Shown here in pieces: positions 1 to 9,437 of a stretch of 64,000 nucleotides of DNA. Position 1 is the first letter of the stretch; each line of letters begins with the position of its first letter. Where the stretch lies: the IMG/VR virus record IMGVR_UViG_3300042402_002841, positions 68,393 through 132,392 of that record; one strand, 5' to 3'. This DNA is from a virus. Position numbers and translations under genes: made by a program. The notes under the pieces are model-generated. The model worked only from the letters and a program-made list of their open reading frames with translations, had not been told where the DNA came from and ran no database searches.

Positions 1-3000
1 GCTCCCTGATATGCGGCTTGAGACATCTTTTCGTTTTTGTCTTTAACTTTTTCTGGGTTACCTTCGTACATTAACCATTCAAATTTTTCATCATTTGTCA
101 ATTCATCCCAGTTATCTGGTTTTGCATCATCAAGGGAAAGTCCATCAAATTTAGTATTTTCTGCACCCCTAGTTGAGCCCCTGCCAGTGCCAAAATTGCC
201 TCTTTCGTTGGCTGAAAGACCAACATCTCCGAGCCCTCTTGCACCAATTCCTCCTGGTCGCGCAGTTCTTCTCTCTTTATCGTTGTCACCAAATCCACCA
301 GAAGATTCAAGACCAACTCTTCCCCTTCTTCCAGAACCACTGGCAGAACCAGGCCCAAAGTTTTGGTACATGGTGCGGAGTCGTTTCCACTTTGATGCTG
401 CCAATTGACCATCGTTTGCTTCAAAATCCCTAAGAGCATCTTGTACGAGTTGTAGATTGTTCGCTCTACCACTTCTTGCCCAGAAAATATAATCTTTCTG
501 CATTGCTTCAGTTATGTCTGCTGGTGCACCGTTATTGGGTTTTCTTCCTTTATTGGTTGATGCAAGCCCTCCGCCCCTAATATTGAGGCTGGAGTATTCA
601 CCGTCATTGGATTCTGCTGCCTGTTCAAGAACACCAAGAAGGTCTGATGAAACCATTCCGCTTCTTGACTTTGATTGCTCAATTGCTTTAATCAAATCTT
701 CGTACTCGTTATCATCAATTGAGAATTTGCCATTATTTGATTTTTCAAGTTTTTCAGAAACCGCTTTAAGAATATTTTTGTTTTCAGCAGTACGAGAAAG
801 AAGTTCAACCTCGTCCCTGAGTGAACCGATTTCGTCTTCCGTAAGTTCAATATCAAGTTTCTTGTGAGGATTTATTGTTCCACTTTGACTGGAGAATGCT
901 CTTGTTTTTTTAATACGCCTTGCCCCTGCTTGTCCTGAAAGCCTTGTTCCAGACCTCTCAAGTGCTTCAGTGCTGTAATAACCATCTTTTGATTTCTTTG
1001 TTTTCTTCAAAGAATCAATCAGTTCGTCAATCGCTTTTTTATCGCCTTCATTATCAACTGCACCAAAGTTATTCATTCTGGTCAAAGTGTCAACATAATT
1101 ATCAATTTCATCATCAGTCATTGGGATTGCATCATTTGCAACACTACTGTCATCAATTTTGTCAATTATATTTTTAAGGATTTCCATATCCTCATCTGAG
1201 CCAACACCGCCAACTTGCGAATCATCAAGATATTTTTCTAAAACATTTTGAAGTTCGCCATACTCTTCAAGAGTCATATCCATCTGTCGGTTTTCGGAAG
1301 CCAAACCTTCTCTTACCGCACGAGCATTTCTTCCTCTGTCTATGTTTTCGGATGCTGCATCGCCGACTGGGTCGTCAGCCATTCCTCTTCGTGCGCCTGG
1401 ATTTCTTGGTCCAAATGCTTCGTCATAGTCTGTGTCGTCATCAAAATTTGAACTAGAGGCAAGACCTGAACGACCTTCTCTATCTTGTCGCTCTTGTCTT
1501 TTCTTTCTAGTAATTCCAATTTCACGCTGACGAAGTTTTGATGGCTCCATCTTGAGTAATTCTCCAGTTTGCTCAAGCGTTAGTCCACTTCTTAAATAAA
1601 GAAGGTCATCTTCATCGTTTTCTTTTCTTAATTTTGCTGTCAATCTTCTCTCTGTTCTGCGAACTTCTCTCGGCGACATTCCAAATAGTTCAGCAGTATC
1701 ACGAACACTCAAGCCAGAGGCTCTGTACATGAGAAGGTCCATGTCTGAATTTGCCCCAGACTCAGAGTTTTGACTTAGTCTTCTAAATTCTCTATTTGCA
1801 GAAGATTTTGCAACCCTTGCACCACTCAGGTTGTACTTTTCAGCAATTTCTTTTGCTGACATTCCAGATAGAAAATCTCTAAAAATATCATTATCAGGAA
1901 TTTGAGTACCGTCTTCTGAAACGGTGCGAACTGGTCTTTGCAGGTTTCTTTCACCCCGTGTAGATGCTCTACTCTGTGAAGCCAATCCACCTCTACGGAT
2001 ATCATCTGGAACATATTGAGCAGGTTTTCCGCCTTCTCTAATAACACCACCGTCAGGAACGCCAGTTAGTTGTTCAATTTCATCATCGCTTAAACCAAGT
2101 TCTCTAAGTTTTTTGAAAACATTTTGGTCAAATTGCGCTCTTCTTTCGCGAGCCTCAGTTGGGTCAACATTTCCTCTTTCATCTCTCTGAATCTGACCAT
2201 CTCGGCCAAGCATTGTGCCGTCTCCACGGCGAGATGTTGAAGCAAGACCTCCAGTAAGTGTCCGTTTTGCTCTTACTCTTTCTTGTAAGAATTCAGAATT
2301 TAGCCTTGCATCTTCAAGTTCATCCATAACCCCCTCATTTAGCCCGTTTTTAAAATAATCTTCCCAAAGCGAATTGATTTGTGGGTCGTTTGGATTTTCT
2401 TCAAATCCTTTTTTAGTTGCTCTTTGCAACTCTTTAGAAAAATCCTCTAAATCAATTGATGGGTCTAGTTCTATTATGTTTTCAACTTCAAACCAAAAAT
2501 CCGCTTCGCTCATATCTGGCTCTCCGCTTTGAAGTGCCTGAATTAAATTTTCTTTTTTCTGAGACGATTCTTTTTTAGCGTCTTGAATTTCCTTATCAGT
2601 TGGTGGTTTGTTTGCCGACAGGCGACGAGCAGTTTTAAATACCGAATCTGACCATTCATCAACCGTTTCTTCAATCAGTTCATTAATTTTGTCTTCTTGT
2701 TTTCTAGAAGCGTTTTTAGGCATCATTCTTTCTGCAAGCATGCCTCTAACTGCGTCTGTTAAAGCCCTACCAACATCTTCGGATATATATCTATCAAAAT
2801 TTCTTTCGCTGCTTTGCAGATTGAGATAATCATCAAAATCTCCGTTTTTTATTGCATCAAGGAAATTTTTTTTAGTTTCAGACAGCATTTCTTCGTCGTC
2901 ATCAAGATTTGAAATTATGTTTTTAAGTATGTCTGCATGTTTATCTGGGATACCGCTTCTATCAATAAATTTGTCCGACACGGGCTTTGAACCAGGACCG

Positions 3001-5159
3001 CTAACAATTTCTCCCCTAAGAACTTCTGGTTTTTTTTCTACAGAAGTTGAAGCAAGTCCGCTTCTTCTCTTTTTTGCGAAGATGGATTCTGGATTCCATG
3101 AATCTGGGTTTTCCCAAGTTCTTTCGCTAAAAAAATCATAAACTTCGTCGTCAAATACTTTTTCTAAGCCCGCCTTACTGACAACCCCTTCATATTTTTC
3201 GTTAACCGCTACACCATATTGTTCTAGCAATCCAGCAAGAATATCTGAATCTTTTTCGGTGCCGTTTGCTAATTCAGTAAGTTTTTCTTTCATCTTTGTT
3301 TTGTCTTTAAGATTTAAGATGTCTAAAACTTCTTTTGAATTTTCTAAATCAAACTCTAAATCGTCTTGATAAAACTTACGAAGACCTTCAGCACTTTCAA
3401 CGATGTCGTCAAGAAGTTTTTCATCAGAGCGAACAGCGTCAAGCATCGTTGTGCCCACTCTGCTTCCTGGTTCTCCCCCTGAATAATGAAAAAACGCTCT
3501 AGCCAACTCTTCGTTAGTTCTGTCTTCAAACCATTCTTCGTGGTCTTGTTCACGGGGGGTTAAACCTCTATATGAGGCTAGACCTTGTCTTTTTGGCTCT
3601 TTGGGAGTAGGGGTTTGTCTTCCTTGATTAAATGCACGAGTTGCTGCTTCAGCATCTACTCGGCCACCAGTGGACCTGTCGTTAACACCTGGGATTGCAG
3701 GGCGCTTAAATGGTGTTCCTTCTTGGACTACACCGTCTCCGTCACCATCCCATGCGTTTGGGTCAAACCTTGCCGCCCCTCTGGCGGCTCTGCCCAATTT
3801 TCCCAAGCCTCCGCTTAGCGTGCGCCCCAGGGCTTTTTCGGCCACGCTAATGGCCTCTATAAATTCGCTAGTGACACCAGATGTAACCACGATTCCGTCT
3901 TCTGTTACATGCGATTCAACTCTGTGGTAATCAAAAATTGGGTCAAGAAGTTGTTTTGTTTGAAAAGCGTTCTCAATAGGAACTGGGATTATATAGTCGC
4001 TCTTAACTTCAACATCTTTTTCTGCGGACGCAATTACTTCTTGCAGGTTTTCAAGAATGGCCTTGAGTCTTGACATGTTCTTACCACTAAGGGCACGCCC
4101 AACTTTTACATCAAGTGAGTCAGAAATAATATTTGCTAGGTCTGCAAAATCTTCATCAAAAGACCATTTTTCGTCATTCTCGTAAGACTTTGGCATAATT
4201 ATGCCATTCTCACCCATGTCGTCGCCCATATAGGCATTTCCTTGAGGTTTTACCTGCATTGGCATTGAAGGCATTTGTGAAGGAACAACGACTCGTGAGC
4301 CAGATTCTTCCGAAGATGGCATGTAAACGGTTTGCACAGAAACCTTTTCTGGCTTACCAAACATGAACTCTCTACCTGTGTAGTGGTACGCAACTCTGTA
4401 GGTTGTAGGCGCACCGTCTGGTGTCATTCTGTCAAAAATTACTGTATTTTCTTCTGCGAGACGAACTTTTACTGGAGCACCAGCACGGACAGCCAATTCA
4501 ATCTCTAATTGATTCTTGCGCTCATCTCCCACTCTTGGCTTATTTGCTTCAAGAATGTTAGGGGTTGGCCTTTGGTGTCTGTGCGGTATTCCACGGTTGC
4601 TTTGCAACATCAACATTCCGCCCTTGGAATCATCAATCATGGTTGAATCATCTGACTTTACTGAAATTGTTCCAGTCAACTGGTTGGCACCATGTAGAAC
4701 TGGCGAAACTTCGTAAAGTTCTACTTCTTTTAAGATGTTGGCCTGAAGATTGGGGTCAAAAATTGAATCAAGAGTCTTATAGCCGATTGACCATTCTTGT
4801 TCTTGTCCAAAAAAAGCCACATTGGCAAATGCTTCTCGTCCTTTTTCGGAACCTAAATTAAATTGAACTTTCGCATAAAGTCCACCAATTCCAGCCGTAA
4901 GCATTTTTGAAGGAAGTCTTCTGTCTCCAGGAGCAACTTCGTAGATTTCTAGCACCTTACCAATAGGGTCATTCCAGTTGTGCCCCCAAACAACACGAGG
5001 CTTTCTTCTTGTAAGGCTCTTTGTGAAGGCTCCAGAAACAAGAACATCTCCAACAGAATCTTTATTTCCAATACCAGCCACAAAGCATTCAACCATACCC
5101 TGTGCTTCGTCAATGTTGAACTGGCCTGGAATAGCCTTGAATTCAATGTTCTGGTTCAT
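1..5159 (-). CDS. Giant HK97-family prohead protease fused to a multi-module internal-head-like polyprotein (>1719 aa, partial, runs off the left edge)
   Basis: Translated manually from the ATG at 5159: MNQNIEFKAIPGQF...GNKDSVGDVLVSGAF...VVWGHNWNDPIGK...WSIGY...LYEVSPVLHGAN, with the HK97 protease His/Ser/Glu motifs. The frame stays open to base 3, so it has no stop in the window and is absent from the ORF track. It lies directly downstream of the portal. Confidence 0.9.
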   Translation of the reverse strand, partial: MNQNIEFKAIPGQFNIDEAQGMVECFVAGIGNKDSVGDVLVSGAFTKSLTRRKPRVVWGHNWNDPIGKVLEIYEVAPGDRRLPSKMLTAGIGGLYAKVQFNLGSEKGREAFANVAFFGQEQEWSIGYKTLDSIFDPNLQANILKEVELYEVSPVLHGANQLTGTISVKSDDSTMIDDSKGGMLMLQSNRGIPHRHQRPTPNILEANKPRVGDERKNQLEIELAVRAGAPVKVRLAEENTVIFDRMTPDGAPTTYRVAYHYTGREFMFGKPEKVSVQTVYMPSSEESGSRVVVPSQMPSMPMQVKPQGNAYMGDDMGENGIIMPKSYENDEKWSFDEDFADLANIISDSLDVKVGRALSGKNMSRLKAILENLQEVIASAEKDVEVKSDYIIPVPIENAFQTKQLLDPIFDYHRVESHVTEDGIVVTSGVTSEFIEAISVAEKALGRTLSGGLGKLGRAARGAARFDPNAWDGDGDGVVQEGTPFKRPAIPGVNDRSTGGRVDAEAATRAFNQGRQTPTPKEPKRQGLASYRGLTPREQDHEEWFEDRTNEELARAFFHYSGGEPGSRVGTTMLDAVRSDEKLLDDIVESAEGLRKFYQDDLEFDLENSKEVLDILNLKDKTKMKEKLTELANGTEKDSDILAGLLEQYGVAVNEKYEGVVSKAGLEKVFDDEVYDFFSERTWENPDSWNPESIFAKKRRSGLASTSVEKKPEVLRGEIVSGPGSKPVSDKFIDRSGIPDKHADILKNIISNLDDDEEMLSETKKNFLDAIKNGDFDDYLNLQSSERNFDRYISEDVGRALTDAVRGMLAERMMPKNASRKQEDKINELIEETVDEWSDSVFKTARRLSANKPPTDKEIQDAKKESSQKKENLIQALQSGEPDMSEADFWFEVENIIELDPSIDLEDFSKELQRATKKGFEENPNDPQINSLWEDYFKNGLNEGVMDELEDARLNSEFLQERVRAKRTLTGGLASTSRRGDGTMLGRDGQIQRDERGNVDPTEARERRAQFDQNVFKKLRELGLSDDEIEQLTGVPDGGVIREGGKPAQYVPDDIRRGGLASQSRASTRGERNLQRPVRTVSEDGTQIPDNDIFRDFLSGMSAKEIAEKYNLSGARVAKSSANREFRRLSQNSESGANSDMDLLMYRASGLSVRDTAELFGMSPREVRRTERRLTAKLRKENDEDDLLYLRSGLTLEQTGELLKMEPSKLRQREIGITRKKRQERQDREGRSGLASSSNFDDDTDYDEAFGPRNPGARRGMADDPVGDAASENIDRGRNARAVREGLASENRQMDMTLEEYGELQNVLEKYLDDSQVGGVGSDEDMEILKNIIDKIDDSSVANDAIPMTDDEIDNYVDTLTRMNNFGAVDNEGDKKAIDELIDSLKKTKKSKDGYYSTEALERSGTRLSGQAGARRIKKTRAFSSQSGTINPHKKLDIELTEDEIGSLRDEVELLSRTAENKNILKAVSEKLEKSNNGKFSIDDNEYEDLIKAIEQSKSRSGMVSSDLLGVLEQAAESNDGEYSSLNIRGGGLASTNKGRKPNNGAPADITEAMQKDYIFWARSGRANNLQLVQDALRDFEANDGQLAASKWKRLRTMYQNFGPGSASGSGRRGRVGLESSGGFGDNDKERRTARPGGIGARGLGDVGLSANERGNFGTGRGSTRGAENTKFDGLSLDDAKPDNWDELTNDEKFEWLMYEGNPEKVKDKNEKMSQAAYQG

Positions 5160-5270
5160 TATGCTCCTAATGTTCTTAGACGATAATAAAGCATCAAGGA
5201 CTGATGTTTATGCAAGTATTAAATACAGATATTGAGTTTCTGTAAATTCAATGCAATTAGTTTAAAGAAA

Positions 5271-7316
5271 CTAAATTATATGAGACCCCATCGCCCATGC
5301 TCTCCTGGTCTCATCTTCTGCTATTTGTGATTTCTTTTTAGCAAGGAGGTTTGTAAATGTACCAACAAGCGATGTTCTCAAAGTCGTTGCTTTGTCTTCC
5401 TCGCCAACGACGCCAAGTGTTGCAAAAATTGCGTTATTAATTTCTTGAGCAGTTTCTTCGTTTATTGACTTAATTCTTAACATTTGAGAGTTAATATGAG
5501 CAATAATGTCCTCTTTTTCAAGAGAGGTCTTAATAAGAGACTTTTCAGAATATGTACTTTGAGCATCATTGATAATTGCATTCAAGACTGGCCTGATGTC
5601 TTCATCCATTTGTTTGGCCCAAATATCTGAACTAAATATAGATTCAACATCAAGTGCTCCAATAGCCAACTGCTTTCTTGCTTTTACGCCAGATGCTTTT
5701 TCAAGAACAACACGCTGTTGTCTTTCAAAGATTCTTTCAAGACTTCTGTCAAGAATCTCAGTCCATCTATTAAATGTTGTTTCAACTCGCAATTCCCAAT
5801 CCTTATTGGATTTTGTAGAAACAACCGAGTAGTTGGCGGAGGCCTGTGCTGGCGCTGTAGGCATGGCTGCTTGTTCTGGGGGCCCAACATTCGGCAACCC
5901 AGCACCTTGAGCCATTTCTTGCCCTTGCTGAGCCAAGGCCATTGCGCCTTCCATTGTGGTTGGGTCTGGGGGCATTGCTCCAGCATCTGCTCCTGGAGGC
6001 ATTCCTGGGTCTCCTGGAGGCATTCCTGGCATCCCTGGTGCTCCGCCCATCACTCCAGCCTGAGGTGGTTCTTCCATCTTCTTCTTCGTGTTGGCAATAG
6101 GGGTTAGGTTTGGGTTCATCAAGAGAGAATCAGCAAGGTCGCTATCCACTTCTTTTCTTCCAGAGCCAATTCTGTATTCGTTTGTACTAATTAGACCTTG
6201 ACTGAGTTCTTCTTTTAGATATCTTTGTCTTTCCTGTTCGTAAAGAATTAAAACAGGAACTTGCGAAGTATTAAAATCAATATAGTGGTCTTCATCAAGT
6301 TCATCTAAAGCACGAGCAATTGGTTCAAGATGAGGGAGCATTGTTTCGTTCCAAAAAACTCTAATCTCTTCTCCAGCGTTGGAAAATGTGCGACCAGCGG
6401 CATTTCCAATAACTGATTCAGGTACACCGAAAGATGCAAGAATTTCTTCTTTTGTTATTTGTCGCATCTGAATGTAGGCAGCGTCTCTTGGGTTCGCTGA
6501 TGTATCAACAAAGTCTGCGCCATCATCGGAAGAAATAACCGTAGTTGCGCCAGCGCGAGCAATATTTCCTCTAAATCTGCTTTTCAACTCTTCTTTGTCG
6601 TCGTCATCAATTTCCCCACGAAGCACAAGAAGACCACCAGGTCTGCCGTCATTAAGAAGGTAATTACGATTATATACTTTTGCTAAATTCTCAATTTCAA
6701 TAGCAATACCAGCAGACTCAAGTGGAGTCATTGAAAGATAAGGGTCCAATGGATGAGGTCTGCGAATCCAAACCACATCTTTAGCCTTCATGTTTATAAC
6801 ACTGCCGTTGGGCATTCTCACTTCATATCCAGCAACAAAGTTTTTAGGGTCTGGAATCGGAGAGGTTGATTGTGGCGGTAATAGGTTGAGACCAATAACA
6901 CCACCATCTCGCCCATAAATTTTTTCAATAAACACGCCTCTTGTGCTCATTAACAGTTGGGAAGACAACCTGTATCGGAATATAAAAGAATTTTCTCCGA
7001 TGTTTGACTTTGTGTTTAGTAATTTAAGTATTTCTGAATTTTTGGCTTTAGAGCCAGTAACAATCTCGCCGTCTGGTGAATTGTTTTTTCTTAAAACAAT
7101 AGGCAAGCGTGCTTGATTTCCAGCGATTGCGTCAATACATCTAGCCACCCATGTGACCTTCTGCATGCCTTCTTTGTAGACACGCTCAATATCCCATGAA
7201 TCATTATATGCCTTACCAGCGAACCCAGGATTGTGGGCGATAGGCGCACCAGGACCAACGCTCTTGGAGGATTGATTACCGTTTAATGATTTATTTTGAA
7301 AATTATTCCAAGCCAT
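5271..7316 (-). CDS. Phage portal protein (HK97 family) with Pro/Gly/Met linker and C-terminal helical extension
   Basis: Portal motifs WVARCIDAIA, NDGRPGGLL, EILASFGVPESVIG and GLISTNEYR; about 250 extra aa after a PGMPGMPPG linker. Confidence 0.9.
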   Translation of the reverse strand: MAWNNFQNKSLNGNQSSKSVGPGAPIAHNPGFAGKAYNDSWDIERVYKEGMQKVTWVARCIDAIAGNQARLPIVLRKNNSPDGEIVTGSKAKNSEILKLLNTKSNIGENSFIFRYRLSSQLLMSTRGVFIEKIYGRDGGVIGLNLLPPQSTSPIPDPKNFVAGYEVRMPNGSVINMKAKDVVWIRRPHPLDPYLSMTPLESAGIAIEIENLAKVYNRNYLLNDGRPGGLLVLRGEIDDDDKEELKSRFRGNIARAGATTVISSDDGADFVDTSANPRDAAYIQMRQITKEEILASFGVPESVIGNAAGRTFSNAGEEIRVFWNETMLPHLEPIARALDELDEDHYIDFNTSQVPVLILYEQERQRYLKEELSQGLISTNEYRIGSGRKEVDSDLADSLLMNPNLTPIANTKKKMEEPPQAGVMGGAPGMPGMPPGDPGMPPGADAGAMPPDPTTMEGAMALAQQGQEMAQGAGLPNVGPPEQAAMPTAPAQASANYSVVSTKSNKDWELRVETTFNRWTEILDRSLERIFERQQRVVLEKASGVKARKQLAIGALDVESIFSSDIWAKQMDEDIRPVLNAIINDAQSTYSEKSLIKTSLEKEDIIAHINSQMLRIKSINEETAQEINNAIFATLGVVGEEDKATTLRTSLVGTFTNLLAKKKSQIAEDETRRAWAMGSHII

Positions 7317-7318
7317 CT

Positions 7319-7543
7319 CTACTCAAGACCTAGTAAGAAACCGAAAATTCCACATGTAATACCCGCCGCAATAAAACCAAAAGCAGGGGAGATTAGACTC
7401 ACCCCAACGCTTGTGAATACAATAAATCCTACCATCAATAGGTTGGTAAAGAATGAGCGTGTTGCTAATTGTTTCAATGCTCTGAAAAAAATAGAGATAC
7501 TCTTTACAACAGAAGCCTTTGCTTTAATGATGAAATTATTCAT
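7319..7543 (-). CDS. Small membrane protein
   Basis: Two hydrophobic segments; abuts the portal start; ATG at 7543 chosen over the longer ORF-track start. Confidence 0.6.
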   Translation of the reverse strand: MNNFIIKAKASVVKSISIFFRALKQLATRSFFTNLLMVGFIVFTSVGVSLISPAFGFIAAGITCGIFGFLLGLE

Positions 7544-7604
7544 ACGCACACACCGTAGCGCATAAAGTGCACTCAATGTGCAATTACCTACGAGAGAGAA
7601 AAAC

Positions 7605-8912
7605 ATGACTACAGACTGGATAAAGGTTCTTGAATATCTTGAACCCAAAAAACCTCCGTTTTGTCCAGAAGAGCCCTCAATGCCTCAAAAAGTGTTTTTG
7701 AGAACAAATGCAATTGAGGCTTTATTCGGAGGAGCAGCAGGAGGTGGAAAGTCTTCTGCTTTGCTTATGGCTGCACTTCAGTATGTTGATATTCCTGGAT
7801 ATTCAGCAATTCTTTTTCGTCGTACATTTGCTGACCTTTCTCTTCCAGGTGCTCTTATGGACAGATTTAAGGCGTGGGTTGATGAATATGAAGATGTTCA
7901 CTGGAATGCAAACAGTTATGTGGCCACCTTCCCCTCTGGGGCAAGAATCTCATTCGGGTATCTAAATAACACTAATGACTATCTCCGATACAAGGGCTCT
8001 GAATTTCAGTTCATCGGCATGGATGAGGTTACTGAAATCCGTGAATCCGACTACAGATATCTCTTTTCCCGTCTTCGTCGTCCTGCTTCTGGTCCCTTAT
8101 CTCAGGTTCCCCTCAGGATGAGGGCTGCTTCAAACCCTGCCCCCAACTGGGTTAGGCAGAGATTTATTGTAGAAGGCCTAGAAAAAAACAGAATATTTGT
8201 GCCATCAAAATTGACGGACAACCCTGGCATTGACGCTGATTCTTACCGTCAAGCGCTTCAGGCTCTTGACCCGATTGAACGAAGAAGGCTGGAAGAAGGA
8301 GATTGGTGGTCAACGACCTTAGGAACACTTTTTGAGAGAGAGTCTGTGGTCATTATTGACTCAGACGAAGTTCCTGTTGTTTCTTCAGCAGCCCGTGTGG
8401 TCAGATTTTGGGACCTTGCGGCGACGGAGCCTTCTGCGGTAACTCCAAACCCAGACTGGACCGTTGGTACATTAATGCTTTTTGATGGTGGTGTTTCTTA
8501 TATTCTTGACATCAAAAAGGCACGAGTTCGTGGAGAAAAGGTTGAGCAATTAATCGCACAGACCGCCTATGAAGATGGTCGTGGGGTAGCCATCAGGATG
8601 GAAATGGAGCCAGGCTCCTCTGGAAAGGCTTTGGTTGACCAGTACGCCAGGTATGTAGTTCCTGGTTATGACTTTCAAGGCATAAGGTCAACTGGAGATA
8701 AGGTCACCAGGGCTAGACCGTTTGCGGCAGCCGTAGCCAACGGTAATGTCAGGATTGTGCGAGGAACATGGCTTAGTGACTGGCTTGATGAACTTTCTTC
8801 ATTCCCTGAAGCATGTGACCATGACGACCAAGTGGACTCCGCAGTCGGTGCCTTTACATATTTAACTGGCCTGGGGTTGCCACAACGAAAAATTGTCAGT
8901 ATCATCGTCTAG
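7605..8912 (+). CDS. terL: Terminase large subunit
   Basis: Walker A GGAAGGGKS, Walker B FIGMDE, ASNP coupling motif, RNase H-like nuclease motifs WDLA and HDDQVDS. Confidence 0.93.
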   Translation: MTTDWIKVLEYLEPKKPPFCPEEPSMPQKVFLRTNAIEALFGGAAGGGKSSALLMAALQYVDIPGYSAILFRRTFADLSLPGALMDRFKAWVDEYEDVHWNANSYVATFPSGARISFGYLNNTNDYLRYKGSEFQFIGMDEVTEIRESDYRYLFSRLRRPASGPLSQVPLRMRAASNPAPNWVRQRFIVEGLEKNRIFVPSKLTDNPGIDADSYRQALQALDPIERRRLEEGDWWSTTLGTLFERESVVIIDSDEVPVVSSAARVVRFWDLAATEPSAVTPNPDWTVGTLMLFDGGVSYILDIKKARVRGEKVEQLIAQTAYEDGRGVAIRMEMEPGSSGKALVDQYARYVVPGYDFQGIRSTGDKVTRARPFAAAVANGNVRIVRGTWLSDWLDELSSFPEACDHDDQVDSAVGAFTYLTGLGLPQRKIVSIIV

Positions 8913-8939
8913 GTACTTACTACTTTACAGGAGACAACC

Positions 8940-9437
8940 TTGTTAACACCTAAGGAAATTAGGGCACAACTAATTGGTCTTGATGACTTTTTAAACAACG
9001 AAAAAACACTCAATTCTGAACTGGAAGAGGCTTTGGGGCATCTTGTTGAACTTAACAAGTTAAAAAAAGAAATTTCAGAACTTTACGATTCGTATTCTTC
9101 TAAAATGATTGACAGAATGGAATCTGTTAACGAAAAAGAAGTAAAACTTCAATCTGGAGCCGAACTCAAGTGTAAATCAGGTGCGCCCAGAAAAGCGTGG
9201 GATAGCGAGAATCTCATGAAAACAGTCTATTCCAGACTTCGTCAATCTTCAGTTGACATGGATACAGGTGAGGTCGGGTTGTCGGATGAAGAAATTGTCA
9301 TTAAACTACTTGACTACTTACAGCCGTCATATTGGCGAGTTGGAGCACTAAATGACCTCGGCATCAACGCAGACCAATACTGCGAAGTTGGCGAACCAAA
9401 AACAAACATTGCTATTTATACAAAGGATGAAAAATAA
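8940..9437 (+). CDS. Hypothetical protein in recombination operon
   Basis: 165-aa ORF, CAGGAG RBS before TTG, coupled to the next gene. Confidence 0.65.
   Translation: MLTPKEIRAQLIGLDDFLNNEKTLNSELEEALGHLVELNKLKKEISELYDSYSSKMIDRMESVNEKEVKLQSGAELKCKSGAPRKAWDSENLMKTVYSRLRQSSVDMDTGEVGLSDEEIVIKLLDYLQPSYWRVGALNDLGINADQYCEVGEPKTNIAIYTKDEK

Noticed and set aside
37-5235. Numerous short ORF-track ORFs in the first 5.2 kb
   Set aside because: They are shadows of the single long minus-strand ORF starting at 5159.
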